Source of the DNA: Alistipes sp.
Lineage (GTDB): Bacteria > Bacteroidota > Bacteroidia > Bacteroidales > Rikenellaceae
Assembly: GCA_045646685.1 (NCBI GenBank)
Contig: JAZRLD010000069.1
Span: forward strand, 136-64,135
DNA length: 64,000 nt
Direction: 5' to 3'
Made by a program: the position numbers and the translations under genes. Positions within the stretch are counted from its first letter, which is position 1. Each line of letters starts with the position of its first letter. This document shows positions 48,767 to 59,762 of the stretch, piece by piece. The notes beneath the pieces are model-generated. The model did not search any database, was not told where the DNA came from, and saw only the letters and a list, made by a program, of their open reading frames with translations.

Positions 48767-49428
48767 CACCACACAATCGGCTCCTTACCGATACTTTGCA
48801 AATATGCGTTTGCTTGCGAAAAATGTTTGCACCCGAAAAATCCGCGATAAACAGATAGGGGAGATGGGTGAACACTCTTTAGGATTAGGTTTTGTGTCGG
48901 GTTGGCCATCTGACCTTTCTTCTGCGCATAACTTCCCCACAGCATATAGACAATGCCCTGCTTCTGCTCGCCAATAACACGCACCACAGCGTCCGTAAAC
49001 TGCTCCCAGCCCTTGCCTGCGTGCGAGGCGGCCTGATGCGCACGAACGGTCAGCACCGAGTTAAGCAACAACACACCCTGCTCGGCCCAGCGGTCGAGGT
49101 TACCACTCGCAGGAATGGGCGTACCCAAATCGGATTGAATCTCCTTAAAAATATTCTGCAACGAAGGAGGAAATTGCACTCCATCGTTCACCGAGAAGCA
49201 CAAACCATTAGCCTGCCCCACGCCGTGATAAGGGTCCTGACCGATAATCACCACCTTGAGCGACTCTACGGGGCACTTGTCAAAGGCTCGAAATATATTA
49301 CGTCCTGCAGGAAAAACTGTACCCGCAGAATACTCCGCACGAACGAAGCGCGTAAGCTCTTCAAAATAGGGTTTATCGAACTCTTGCTGCAAGAGTTGTT
49401 TCCAATCGTCAGCAATCTTTACATCCAT
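48766..49428 (-). CDS. ung: Uracil-DNA glycosylase
   Basis: GQDPYH, FPPSL, QGVLLLN, HPSPLS. Confidence 0.97.
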   Translation of the reverse strand: MDVKIADDWKQLLQQEFDKPYFEELTRFVRAEYSAGTVFPAGRNIFRAFDKCPVESLKVVIIGQDPYHGVGQANGLCFSVNDGVQFPPSLQNIFKEIQSDLGTPIPASGNLDRWAEQGVLLLNSVLTVRAHQAASHAGKGWEQFTDAVVRVIGEQKQGIVYMLWGSYAQKKGQMANPTQNLILKSVHPSPLSVYRGFFGCKHFSQANAYLQSIGKEPIVW

Positions 49429-49501
49429 AAAAATAACGTTATTTTCATTGTAAAAATATAAAAAAAATATAACTTTGCCACATTCAAACATACAAAACAT
49501 T

Positions 49502-50617
49502 ATGAAAAAACTATTTTTACTTGCTCTGCTGTCGTTCGCTGCCCTTTACACAGCAGAGGCTAAGAAACCGAAACAACCTAAAATTGACAACATCATCTAT
49601 ATGATTGGTGATGGTATGGGCTTGGCCCACGTATCAATGCTTCAGATTGAGCAGAAATATGCTCCCTCGGCATTTGACCGTGCGCAGAATATCGCCCTTA
49701 CAAAAACATACTCTTTGAATAACCGTGTAACCGACTCTGCTGCATCTGGTACAGCGTTGGCTACAGGTTACAAGACTAACAACTCGACACTCGGCCTCAC
49801 ACCCGAAGGTGTTCGCGTGGAGTCTATCATCGAGAAGGGCGAGAAGCAGAACTACGCAACAGGTTTAGTCGTTACTTGTTATGTTAACCACGCAACACCC
49901 GCAGCATTCTACGCTCACGTTGAGAAGCGCGGCGATAACGATGGTATCATCAGCGACTTTATGAAGACAAAGAATATCGACGTCGTTTTCGGTGGTGGTG
50001 CAAAATATTTCGACCGTCACTTCAAGGCACAGAATAAGGATTATGTAACAGAGCTTAAAAACAAGGGATATAAGGTTTTGTCAAACATTGACGAAATGGC
50101 AGGTGTCAGCGAGGGTGATGTCGTAGGTCTTTTCGCAGAGGGCGATATGCCTCTCAAGCGTGAGGGCCGTGGCGAATACCTTAGCGATGCAACAGCAAAG
50201 GCACTTGAGATTCTCACAAACAATGTGAAGAACCAGAAGAAGAAGGGATTTATTCTTATGGTTGAGGGTTCGAAGATTGACGGCGAGGGCCACGGTAAAA
50301 ACATCGAGGGTATCTTGGCCGAGACACGCGACTTTGAGAAGGCTATCCACGTAGCAATGGATTATGCTGATGCTCACCCCGGCACATTGGTTGTAATCAC
50401 ATCTGACCACGAGACATCGGGACTCGCAATCCCCAGCAACAAGACTGACTTTACACTTCCCGAGAGTGGTATCAGTTACAACTTTGCAACATCAAGCCAC
50501 ACTGGCATTATGGTTCCAGTTTACCTCTACGGTACAGGTGCTGACCAGATTAGCGGCATTATGGAGAACTCGGAGCTCTCACAGAAGTTGCAGAAGATGA
50601 TTAACGTTTGGGAGTAA
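49502..50617 (+). CDS. Alkaline phosphatase
   Basis: Signal peptide, IGDGMG, VTDSAAS, HATPA, MVEG..ID, SDHETS. Confidence 0.93.
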   Translation: MKKLFLLALLSFAALYTAEAKKPKQPKIDNIIYMIGDGMGLAHVSMLQIEQKYAPSAFDRAQNIALTKTYSLNNRVTDSAASGTALATGYKTNNSTLGLTPEGVRVESIIEKGEKQNYATGLVVTCYVNHATPAAFYAHVEKRGDNDGIISDFMKTKNIDVVFGGGAKYFDRHFKAQNKDYVTELKNKGYKVLSNIDEMAGVSEGDVVGLFAEGDMPLKREGRGEYLSDATAKALEILTNNVKNQKKKGFILMVEGSKIDGEGHGKNIEGILAETRDFEKAIHVAMDYADAHPGTLVVITSDHETSGLAIPSNKTDFTLPESGISYNFATSSHTGIMVPVYLYGTGADQISGIMENSELSQKLQKMINVWE

Positions 50618-50640
50618 ATCCTATAACGAGATAAAATGAA

Positions 50641-50672
50641 AAAAGGGAATCCAACATTTCGGATTCCCTTTT
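50641..50672. terminator. Bidirectional terminator
   Basis: aaaagggaatcc / ggattccctttt between convergent genes. Confidence 0.75.
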
Positions 50673-50688
50673 CATTTGCATTTATGCG

Positions 50689-52056
50689 TTACTCCATCTC
50701 TGCAAAGTGCTTATAGAACATCGGAATAGTTCGTACGCCCTTGTCAAACTGCTCGAGGCCATAACTCTCGTTGGGAGAGTGGATAGCGTCCTCCGACAAG
50801 CCAAAGCCGATAAGGATAGACTTGATACCCAAAATACGCTCAAAACCGCTGATGATAGGAATCGAGCCACCAGAGTAGAAGGGCAGAGGCTTCTTGCCAA
50901 ATGTATCAACGATAGCCATCTCAGCAGCCTTATACGCTGTCATATCGGTAGGCGAAACGTAGGGCGCTCCACCGTGCAAGAACCTAACGTTCACCTTCAC
51001 AGACTTGGGCGCAATAGCACGGAAGTGCTTCTCGAACAACTCACCAATCTTCTCAAAATCCTGATTGGGAACAAGACGCATAGAGATTTTAGCCGAAGCG
51101 CGCGAGGGGATAACGGTCTTTGTTCCCTCCTCGATATAACCACCCCAAATACCGTTCACATCCAGCGAAGGACGCACGCCTGTACGCTCGATAGTGGTAT
51201 AGCCAGCTTCGCCCTCCACGTCGTCAATATCGAGAGCCTTCTTATAGTTATCCATGTTGAAAGGTGCTTGGTTGAATGCCTCTCGCTCGGCGGGTGTCAA
51301 GTCGCGCACATCGTCATAGAAGCCGGGGATAGTCACGCGGCCACGCTCGTCGGTAAGCGATGCAACCAACTTTGTAAGCACATTGGCAGGGTTAGCCACA
51401 GCACCGCCAAACAGACCAGAGTGCAAATCCTTATTCGGACCTACAACCTCCACCTCCATATATGTAAGACCTCGCAAGCCGCAAGTAATTGAGGGGGTAT
51501 CCATCGAAATCATCGAAGTATCCGACACGAGGATAATATCAGCCTTGAGCATCTCCTTATAATCCTCGCAGAACTTATAAAGGCTGGGAGAGCCAATCTC
51601 CTCCTCGCCCTCAAGCATAAACTTAACGTTGCAGGGGAGAGAATCCGTCGCACACATAGCCTCAAAAGCCTTGGCGTGCATAAAGAGCTGTCCCTTATCG
51701 TCGTCCGCACCACGGCCCCAAATGCGACCATCCTTAATCACGGGCTCAAAGGGCTCTGTGCGCCACTCTGCACGAGGATCTACGGGCATAACATCGTAAT
51801 GACCATAAACCAAAACTGTCTTCGCAGCGGGATCCACAATCTTCTCGGCATAAACCACGGGGTTACCCTCGGTATGCATAACCTCGGCTCGGTCTGCACC
51901 CGCCTGCACCAACGATGCAGCCAACCACTCGGCGCACTTAATCATATCCTCCTTATGCTCCGACTGCGCGCTGATAGAGGGAATACGCAAAAGGTCAAAC
52001 AACTCATTCAAGAAACGCTCCTTATTGGCGTCAATATAACTTTGTACTTTTTCCAT
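50689..52056 (-). CDS. M20/M25/M40 family dipeptidase
   Basis: YGHYDV, GRGADDDKG, EGEEEIGS, DLHSG, HSPNE. Confidence 0.92.
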   Translation of the reverse strand: MEKVQSYIDANKERFLNELFDLLRIPSISAQSEHKEDMIKCAEWLAASLVQAGADRAEVMHTEGNPVVYAEKIVDPAAKTVLVYGHYDVMPVDPRAEWRTEPFEPVIKDGRIWGRGADDDKGQLFMHAKAFEAMCATDSLPCNVKFMLEGEEEIGSPSLYKFCEDYKEMLKADIILVSDTSMISMDTPSITCGLRGLTYMEVEVVGPNKDLHSGLFGGAVANPANVLTKLVASLTDERGRVTIPGFYDDVRDLTPAEREAFNQAPFNMDNYKKALDIDDVEGEAGYTTIERTGVRPSLDVNGIWGGYIEEGTKTVIPSRASAKISMRLVPNQDFEKIGELFEKHFRAIAPKSVKVNVRFLHGGAPYVSPTDMTAYKAAEMAIVDTFGKKPLPFYSGGSIPIISGFERILGIKSILIGFGLSEDAIHSPNESYGLEQFDKGVRTIPMFYKHFAEME

Positions 52057-52103
52057 TTATAATATATTGTTTTAAGGTATTTACAAACTGCTATTTCGGC
52101 ATA

Positions 52104-53492
52104 TTACAAGCCGCAAATCTCTGCAATCTCGCCCATAATGCGCTGTGCCAAAGCATCGGCCTCGTCTGCCGATTTTGCCTCGGTATAGACGCGGATAATG
52201 GGCTCGGTATTTGACTTGCGAAGGTGTACCCAATTTTCGGGGAAGTCAATCTTTACACCGTCGATATCGTTCACATTCTCACCGGCATAACGCGCCTTCA
52301 TCTCAAGCAGAACTTTATCTACATCTATCTCGGGAGTAAGCTGAATCTTATTCTTCGATGCGTAGTATGCAGGATATGTTGCGCGAAGCTCCGTCATCGT
52401 GCAATTCTTCTTAACCAAATGCGTCAGGAACAACGCCACGCCAACCAGCGCATCACGACCATAATGCAGAGCAGGGTAGATAACTCCACCGTTGCCCTCA
52501 CCGCCAATCACAGCGCCAACCTCCTTCATCTTCGTAACAACATTCACCTCGCCAACAGCCGATGCGCTATACTCGCCGCCGCAAGCCTTTGTAACGTCGC
52601 TCAACGCACGTGAAGAGCTGAGATTTGACACCGTATTTCCAACGCCCTGCGACAAGATATAATCAGCTACAGCTACCAACGTGTACTCCTCGCCAAACAT
52701 CGTACCATCCTCATTCACCAACGCCAAACGGTCCACATCGGGATCAACAACAACACCCAAATCAGCCTTCTCGTCAACTACTACGCGCGATATCTCTGTA
52801 AGGTGCTCAGCCAGCGGCTCGGGGTTATGCGCAAAGTGTCCATCGGGGGTGCAGTTTACCTCCACAACATCGCAGCCCATAGCGCGCAAAAGTGCAGGGA
52901 TAACCACTCCACCAATAGAGTTTACGGCATCAACTACAACCTTGAATTTACGCTCTTTAACAGCCTCCACATCAACCATCTCAAGAGCTAATACCTGCTC
53001 AATATGTGCAGGGTTAAAATCCTCTCGCAAAACAACCTTTCCGATATTGTCAACATCGGGGAAATCAAACGCCTCATCTTCAGCCAAAGCCAGCACACGC
53101 TTACCCTCGGCGTCGTTCAGAAATTCGCCTTTCTCGTTCAGAAGTTTCAGTGCATTCCACTGCTTGGGATTATGCGAAGCGGTAATGATGATACCGCCGT
53201 CAGCCTTATGTGTGATAACCGCCATCTCCGTACCCGGGGTAGTGCAGAGTCCAACGTTGATAACATCAACGCCGCAGCCCAAAAGTGTACCCTCAATTAT
53301 GTCGTTTACCATCTCGCCCGAGATACGCGCATCGCGTCCCACGACGATAGTCAGACGTTTTCCGTTATGTTTCTCACTCATAAAACGGGCATAAGCAGTC
53401 GTAAACTTCACAATATCAATAGGGGTGAGATTGTCACCCAATGCTCCACCTATTGTTCCGCGAATACCAGAAATAGATTTGATTAGTGTCAT
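52104..53492 (-). CDS. glmM: Phosphoglucosamine mutase (alpha-D-phosphohexomutase family)
   Basis: SGIRG, TASHNP, DPDVDR, GEGNGG, RKSNTEP. Confidence 0.85.
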   Translation of the reverse strand: MTLIKSISGIRGTIGGALGDNLTPIDIVKFTTAYARFMSEKHNGKRLTIVVGRDARISGEMVNDIIEGTLLGCGVDVINVGLCTTPGTEMAVITHKADGGIIITASHNPKQWNALKLLNEKGEFLNDAEGKRVLALAEDEAFDFPDVDNIGKVVLREDFNPAHIEQVLALEMVDVEAVKERKFKVVVDAVNSIGGVVIPALLRAMGCDVVEVNCTPDGHFAHNPEPLAEHLTEISRVVVDEKADLGVVVDPDVDRLALVNEDGTMFGEEYTLVAVADYILSQGVGNTVSNLSSSRALSDVTKACGGEYSASAVGEVNVVTKMKEVGAVIGGEGNGGVIYPALHYGRDALVGVALFLTHLVKKNCTMTELRATYPAYYASKNKIQLTPEIDVDKVLLEMKARYAGENVNDIDGVKIDFPENWVHLRKSNTEPIIRVYTEAKSADEADALAQRIMGEIAEICGL

Positions 53493-53607
53493 AATATATC
53501 GTTTTAATAACTTACACCTATTAAAAAAGGGAGTTTTATTTTGTAATTCGATGTAAATATATTACTTTTATGCCATATAAAAAAGTCAAAAGCTGAAAAA
53601 ATATCAA

Positions 53608-54492
53608 ATGCAACAACGAGTTATAGCACCTTCGGAATTGATTATCAACGGTGACGGAACAATATTCCATCTTCACCTCAAGCCCGAGCAACTTGCCGAC
53701 ACAGTTATCTTGGTCGGCGACCCTGCCCGTGTTGCTACCATTGCAGCACATTTTGACAGCGTGGAGTGCAATGTTTCCAACCGCGAGTTCAACACCGTAA
53801 CGGGTAGCTATAAAGGTAAGCGAATGACCGTAATGTCAACGGGTATCGGCATTGGAAATATCGATATTTGCGTAACGGAGTTGGACGCGTTGGCAAACGT
53901 GGATTTTGCTACTCGTACAGTGAAAGAGGATTTCCGCCGCCTCACGTTGGTGCGCTTGGGAACATCGGGAGCATTGCAGGAGGATATTGAAGTTGGCGAG
54001 GTTGTATTTGCCCGCACATCGGTAGGTTTTGATTCGCTGCTGGGCTATTATGCAGGCCGTAACGAGGTGTGCGACTTGGATATGCAACGTGCATTTATGG
54101 AGCATACGCAGTGGAGCGAGTTGTTAGCTCCGCCATATTTCGTTAATGCCGACAATGAGCTATGGGAGCATTTCAAGGACTCAGTTACCGAGGGTATCAC
54201 CATTGCCGCACCGGGATTCTATGCACCGCAAGGCCGTTACGTGCGCTTGCAGCCTGCGGATATGAATCTCAACGAGAAGATTGAGGCGTGGCGCTACAAT
54301 GGTCGCCGCATAACCAACTTCGAGATGGAGGGCTCGGCATTGGCAGGCTTGGCAGCATTGATGGGCCACCGCGCAACCACTATCTGCACCATTATAGCCC
54401 AGCGCGTAGCCAAGAAGGCGCAGACCGACTATCGTCCCTTTGTTGAGCGAATGATAGTTATGGCGTTGGATAAATTAGCAACGCTGGAGTAG
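53608..54492 (+). CDS. Nucleoside (uridine-type) phosphorylase
   Basis: VGDPARV, NREF, STGIG, RLGTSG, FYAPQGR, NFEME. Confidence 0.9.
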   Translation: MQQRVIAPSELIINGDGTIFHLHLKPEQLADTVILVGDPARVATIAAHFDSVECNVSNREFNTVTGSYKGKRMTVMSTGIGIGNIDICVTELDALANVDFATRTVKEDFRRLTLVRLGTSGALQEDIEVGEVVFARTSVGFDSLLGYYAGRNEVCDLDMQRAFMEHTQWSELLAPPYFVNADNELWEHFKDSVTEGITIAAPGFYAPQGRYVRLQPADMNLNEKIEAWRYNGRRITNFEMEGSALAGLAALMGHRATTICTIIAQRVAKKAQTDYRPFVERMIVMALDKLATLE

Positions 54493-54558
54493 GGTAGCAA
54501 AGACAAACTAAAGAAGAAAATTATCTGAAAAATATAATAACGAAAACATAACAAAAAA

Positions 54559-55683
54559 ATGAAATTTACAGTATCAAGTTCAGCACTTTTGTCGCTTTTG
54601 GCGACAACCGGAAAGGTAATCAGCAATAAGAGCTCACTCCCCATCTTGGAGTACTTCCTTATGGAGCTTAAAGATGGTCAGTTGACCGTTACAACATCTG
54701 ATTTGGAGACAACACTCATCGGCTCAATCTCTGTGGAGAACATCGAGCGCGAGGGCGTTATTGCTGCACCGGGTAAGTTGATGCTCGACTCATTGAAGGA
54801 GTTCCCCGAGATGCCATTGGTAATCGAGGTAAACGATACAACTTGGGAGATTCAGATTACTTGGGCAAGTGGCCACCTCTCAATCCCCGGCGCAAGCGCA
54901 GTAAGCTACCCCGCAGTACAGACTTTGGGTAACGAGCGCAAGAGTATCACTTTGGACGTAGATTTGCTCGTTAGCGGTATCAACAAGACTATCTTCGCTA
55001 CGGCTGATGACGAGTTGCGCCCCGTAATGAATGGCGTATATTTCGACTTCTCAACCGAGTCATTGACATTCGTTGCAACCGACGCTCACAAGTTGGTTAA
55101 GTACAACGCCGAGAACTCAAGCGACATCACATCTTCGTTTATCCTTCCCAAGAAGCCTGCAAACCTCTTGAAGGCTCTGCTTGCAAAGGAGGAGGAGCCC
55201 GTAAACGTTACGTTCGATGCAAAGAACGTTACATTTGAGCTTAAGAACTTCAAGTTGGTGTGCCGTCTTATCGAGGGTAATTACCCCAACTACAACGCTG
55301 TAATCCCTACGGCTAACCCCAACAAGGTGTTGATTGACCGCGTAGAGTTTGTGAACGGTATCAAGCGTGTTGCTGTATGTTCTAACCCCTCGACAAACCT
55401 TATCCGTATGGATATTGCCAACAACAAGGTTAACCTCACAGCACAAGATATCGACTTCTCGGTATCGGCTAACGAGACTATCTCTTGCAGCTACGACGGC
55501 CAGCCCGTAACCATCGGTTTCAAGTCAACATTCTTGGTGGAGATTCTCTCAAATATCGACACTCCTACGGTAGTTGTTGAGTTGGCAGACTCTACACGCG
55601 CTGGTGTATTCAAGCCTGTATATGATGACCAGCCTTCGAGCGAGAGTTTGATGTTGCTGATGCCGATGATGATTAACGCGTAA
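54559..55683 (+). CDS. dnaN: DNA polymerase III beta sliding clamp
   Basis: LPILE, SDLE, RPVMNG, VATDAHKL, RLIEGNYPNY, LLMPM. Confidence 0.97.
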   Translation: MKFTVSSSALLSLLATTGKVISNKSSLPILEYFLMELKDGQLTVTTSDLETTLIGSISVENIEREGVIAAPGKLMLDSLKEFPEMPLVIEVNDTTWEIQITWASGHLSIPGASAVSYPAVQTLGNERKSITLDVDLLVSGINKTIFATADDELRPVMNGVYFDFSTESLTFVATDAHKLVKYNAENSSDITSSFILPKKPANLLKALLAKEEEPVNVTFDAKNVTFELKNFKLVCRLIEGNYPNYNAVIPTANPNKVLIDRVEFVNGIKRVAVCSNPSTNLIRMDIANNKVNLTAQDIDFSVSANETISCSYDGQPVTIGFKSTFLVEILSNIDTPTVVVELADSTRAGVFKPVYDDQPSSESLMLLMPMMINA

Positions 55684-55693
55684 TTATTAGCGA

Positions 55694-56461
55694 ATGAAAC
55701 TAAATCTTAAGCGCCCGATTGTTTTCTTTGATTTGGAAACAACGGGCGTTGATACAGCCAAAGACCGCATTGTCGAGATTTCGATGGTGAAGGTTATGCC
55801 CGACGGTGATGAGATTACGCGCACGCGCCTCATTAACCCGCAGATGCATATCCCCGAGCAGGCAACGGCAATACACGGCATCAAGGACGAGGACGTAGCA
55901 AACGAGCCTACATTTGCGCAGATAGCAAAGTCGTTAGCGCAGTTCATCGAAGGTTGCGACTTCGGTGGTTTTAACTCCAACCGTTTCGACCTGCCTATGC
56001 TTGTCGAGGAGTTTTTGCGCGCTGGTGTAGATGTTGATTTCAAGAAGCGCAAGTTTGTCGATGTGCAGAACATCTTCCATAAGATGGAACAGCGCACGCT
56101 CGTGGCGGCATATAAATTCTACTGCGATAAAGACCTCACAGACGCCCACTCAGCCGAGGCTGACACCAAGGCTACGTATGAGGTGCTGATGGCACAGTTG
56201 GACCGTTATCCCGACCTGCAGAACGACGTGGCGGCATTGGCCGAGTTCTCGGCTCGTGGCGAAACAGCGGATTATGCTGGCCGCATCGTCTATAACGACA
56301 AGGGCGAGGAGGTATTCAGTTTTGGCAAGCACAAGGGCCGTGTCGTAAGCGAGGTATTTCAGGAGGAGCCGAGCTACTATGCGTGGATGATGAATGGCGA
56401 TTTCCCCCTCTACACCAAGAAGGTTATTACGGAGATTCGTTTCCGCGATAAGAAATGTTAA
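55694..56461 (+). CDS. DEDDh 3'-5' exonuclease (DnaQ-like)
   Basis: FDLETTG, FNSNRFDLP, AHSAEAD, C-terminal FGKHKG. Confidence 0.92.
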   Translation: MKLNLKRPIVFFDLETTGVDTAKDRIVEISMVKVMPDGDEITRTRLINPQMHIPEQATAIHGIKDEDVANEPTFAQIAKSLAQFIEGCDFGGFNSNRFDLPMLVEEFLRAGVDVDFKKRKFVDVQNIFHKMEQRTLVAAYKFYCDKDLTDAHSAEADTKATYEVLMAQLDRYPDLQNDVAALAEFSARGETADYAGRIVYNDKGEEVFSFGKHKGRVVSEVFQEEPSYYAWMMNGDFPLYTKKVITEIRFRDKKC

Positions 56462-56496
56462 ACCAACGTGCGCAAGGCGTACGTTAACCATAGAAT

Positions 56497-58344
56497 ATGA
56501 AGATTTTCAAGAGATTTATTGCTGCTGGATTGATTTTTTCGACTCTCTCGGGTGCTGCCGTTGAGCTTATGCCCGTGGAGAAATCACCCGTCATTGTCTT
56601 TATCAATGGCAAGAAGTATTATGTCCACACCGTAAAGTCGGGCGACACGCTCTATTCGATTGCCAAAGCATACGAGGTAGGGGAGAACGATATACGCGAG
56701 TGTAATCCCAGCGTGGGCGATGGTTTGCGTATTGACCAGACGGTGAAGATTCCAGTTCCAGCATCGGCTATCATCAAAGCAAATGCAGAGAAGAAACGCA
56801 AGAAGGATTATATTGTCCACAAGGTGAAGGCTGGGCAGACGCTCTACGCCATTGCACGCGATTACAACATCTCGGTAGCACAACTGCGCGAGGATAACCC
56901 TTCGGTGAATCCGCAGGCGCTCTCTGTAGGTGAGTCGCTCTGGATACGCCGCACAGCAATAGGCTCTTCAACCGAGCAGCAGGCGCAAGCCGAGATGGCA
57001 GAATATACCGACAATCTCAACAAGGCCACCAGCGATGACGGCTTCGACCACCACGTAGTGCAGCCGGGCGAGACTATCTACTCGCTCTCGCGCCGCTATG
57101 GCATCACCGAGGCCGAGTTTGCGCAGTTGAACGATGTATCACAAGGCCTAAAGGCTGGAGCTATAATCCGAATACCAAAGGCTAAAGAGGTGAAGCAGGA
57201 GTTAACGGCTGAGGCTGACAACACACCCGTACAACCCTCATTCAACACAGAAATCTCATTCCAGAAGTTGAGCGACTCGCAGGATCTGAATATCGCGTTG
57301 ATGCTCCCGATGAACATTAACTCGAAGCCCAATGCAAGCTACGTTGAGTTCTATCAGGGCTTTTTGTTAGGCTTGGACGAGATTAAGAAGGGCGGCAAGG
57401 GCAACACCAAGCTGACAGTATATAACACAGCACACGACCAGCTCAAGGTGCAGCAGATTGTGGGTAGCACAATGTTCGAGGGAACAAACCTTATCATTGG
57501 TCCCGTTTATGAAGATGAGCTGAACCCTGTATTGCAGTACGCTCATAAGAATTGTGTTCCCGTTGTGTCACCGTTGGCGAATATCTCTGCCGTGCAGAGC
57601 CCCGCTTTGTATCAGCTCTCGCCTGCACCCGAAAAGAAGTACGAGAAGATTGGCAATCTGCTGGACGGTGGTCGCGATATATATCTTATCTACGCCTCGT
57701 CTAACGACAAGGAGTTTGAGCAGGAGATTATCAAGGAGTTGCACGGTCGCCCCTATTCGGCATATAACTACTCGTTCGCCGATCAGAAATCGACCTTCAC
57801 ACCCCGCAACGCCGAAGCACGCGCTATTGAGAGTATGGACGACATCCTGAAGAGCGATAAGCCTTGCCTGTTTATCGTGCTGGCCAATGCAGAGACCGAT
57901 GTGGATCGTATTTTGGGCACTATCTCTTCATCAAAAGTTGCACTTACTGACCGTAGCGAGCCGAGTGCGCAGTATGTCGTAATGGGAACATCTCGCTGGG
58001 GTCGTTTCAACAACATTGACCACACGTCATACTTCAATAATAACGTGGTGATGATATCAACCTACCACGCCAAGCGCGACTCGAAGGCCGTAAGGGATTT
58101 CGACAGCCGCTATATCGACGCATATGGAGCATTGCCTTCGCTATACGCTTATCGCGGATACGACACAGCGATGATTTTCTGCGCGGGTATGCGTGGCGAC
58201 ATAGAGTACAATATGCTGGACAAGCGTTACACTCCGCTCCAAACCACATACAAATTTGTGCGCGGCAACGCTGGCGAGAGATATGTAAATCAGGAGTGGG
58301 TACGCGTAAACTACAATAGCGACTACACCATAACCATCGAGTAA
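56497..58344 (+). CDS. LysM-repeat protein with C-terminal periplasmic-binding-protein-like domain
   Basis: Three H.V..G.T(L/I)Y.(I/L)(A/S)..Y LysM repeats; EFYQGFLLG, IIGP, GYD. Confidence 0.88.
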   Translation: MKIFKRFIAAGLIFSTLSGAAVELMPVEKSPVIVFINGKKYYVHTVKSGDTLYSIAKAYEVGENDIRECNPSVGDGLRIDQTVKIPVPASAIIKANAEKKRKKDYIVHKVKAGQTLYAIARDYNISVAQLREDNPSVNPQALSVGESLWIRRTAIGSSTEQQAQAEMAEYTDNLNKATSDDGFDHHVVQPGETIYSLSRRYGITEAEFAQLNDVSQGLKAGAIIRIPKAKEVKQELTAEADNTPVQPSFNTEISFQKLSDSQDLNIALMLPMNINSKPNASYVEFYQGFLLGLDEIKKGGKGNTKLTVYNTAHDQLKVQQIVGSTMFEGTNLIIGPVYEDELNPVLQYAHKNCVPVVSPLANISAVQSPALYQLSPAPEKKYEKIGNLLDGGRDIYLIYASSNDKEFEQEIIKELHGRPYSAYNYSFADQKSTFTPRNAEARAIESMDDILKSDKPCLFIVLANAETDVDRILGTISSSKVALTDRSEPSAQYVVMGTSRWGRFNNIDHTSYFNNNVVMISTYHAKRDSKAVRDFDSRYIDAYGALPSLYAYRGYDTAMIFCAGMRGDIEYNMLDKRYTPLQTTYKFVRGNAGERYVNQEWVRVNYNSDYTITIE

Positions 58345-58345
58345 T

Positions 58346-58996
58346 ATGGCACCCATTACAAATAACATCCCCGAGAAGACCATCGAGCGCTTGAGCGAGT
58401 ATCGACGTTCGTTGCTCTCGTGTCATAAGCAGGGTATTACGCATATCTTCTCGCACGTCTTGGCGGGTATGCACGGAATCACTGCCGTGCAGGTGCGTCG
58501 TGACCTTATGCTCATTGGTTTTTCGAGCGACACGAAGAAGGGATATGATGTAAAGGTGCTTATCGAGTTTATCAATAACATACTCGACAGCGAAGATGTG
58601 ATGAATATCGCCATCATCGGTATGGGACACCTCGGGCAGGCCATCACCAATTACTTTAACGGCAAACGTCGCAAATTGCGTATTGTAACAGCGTTTGACG
58701 TGGACCCCGAAAAGGTCGGTTCGATTATTGATGATATTCCCTGTTACCATATGGATCAGTTTGAAGATATTGTAGCACAGATGGATGTCAGCATTGCCGT
58801 TATTTCATCTCCTACGCGAGTGGCTCCGTCGCTCGTCCTTCCCATTATCAACGCTGGTATAAAGGGTGTACTGAACTTCACCTCGGCGCCGCTTAATTTC
58901 CCTAACGGAATCGTTGCCGAGAACTACGACATTACCACTATCTTAGAGAAAGTAGCATACTTTGTCAAAGAGAGCGAAAGCGATGAAAAGCAATAA
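58346..58996 (+). CDS. rex: Redox-sensing transcriptional repressor Rex
   Basis: IPEKTIERLSEY, QVRRDL, GY.V, IGMGHLGQA, AFDVDP, LNFT. Confidence 0.92.
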   Translation: MAPITNNIPEKTIERLSEYRRSLLSCHKQGITHIFSHVLAGMHGITAVQVRRDLMLIGFSSDTKKGYDVKVLIEFINNILDSEDVMNIAIIGMGHLGQAITNYFNGKRRKLRIVTAFDVDPEKVGSIIDDIPCYHMDQFEDIVAQMDVSIAVISSPTRVAPSLVLPIINAGIKGVLNFTSAPLNFPNGIVAENYDITTILEKVAYFVKESESDEKQ

Positions 58997-59006
58997 CAGA
59001 CTAATT

Positions 59007-59744
59007 ATGAGAGTATTCAGAGGCTTAGATAATCTTCCTACGTTTAATAATGCCGTCGCCACGATGGGCTCATTCGATGGTGTTCACTGTGGACACCGCG
59101 AGTTGTTGCGTCGCGTTATGGCGCAAGTCAAGGAGCTAAATGGCGAAAGCATTGTCATCACGTTCGACCCCCATCCCCGCTATGTGTTGGGCACGGGCGA
59201 TAGAATGCAGTTGCTAAGCACGCTTGACGAGAAGTTATGGCTCTTGGAGCAGGCGGGAATAGACAACGTCATCATCATTCCTTTTACAAAGGAGTTCAGC
59301 CAAACCTCTCCGCAGGAGTTTATCGAGAAGGATATTGCACGTATTGGTATAAAAACCCTCGTTGTGGGTTACAACCACCGTTTTGGCCATAAGAAGGAGG
59401 GTGATTACGACTTCCTTGAGCAGCGAAGCAATTTTAATGTGCTGATGGTCGAACAACAGCAGATGGCCGACAGCAAGGTTAGCTCTACAATCATTCGCCA
59501 AGCCTTGTCGCGCGGTCAGGTAGAGAAAGCCGCAAAGTTGTTGGCGCACCCATATATTATTAAGTGCGAGGTTTCGGGCGACGGAGTTGCAAAGGGTATT
59601 GATTCGCATAAATTACTACCCGCCGAGGGCACATACGATGCCACGATAGATGGCAAGGGCGTGGAGCTGACTATTGACGACAAGCGCACGCTGAAGATTA
59701 CGCCTGCCCCTAATAAAGGTAAAGTAACAATTGAGATAAAGTAA
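59007..59744 (+). CDS. FAD synthetase (FMN adenylyltransferase) with degenerate riboflavin-kinase domain
   Basis: GSFDGVHCGH, TFDPHP, VGYNHRFG, VSSTIIR; PTAN kinase motif absent and C-terminus short. Confidence 0.85.
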   Translation: MRVFRGLDNLPTFNNAVATMGSFDGVHCGHRELLRRVMAQVKELNGESIVITFDPHPRYVLGTGDRMQLLSTLDEKLWLLEQAGIDNVIIIPFTKEFSQTSPQEFIEKDIARIGIKTLVVGYNHRFGHKKEGDYDFLEQRSNFNVLMVEQQQMADSKVSSTIIRQALSRGQVEKAAKLLAHPYIIKCEVSGDGVAKGIDSHKLLPAEGTYDATIDGKGVELTIDDKRTLKITPAPNKGKVTIEIK

Positions 59745-59762
59745 CGTATTTAGCTTAAAATT

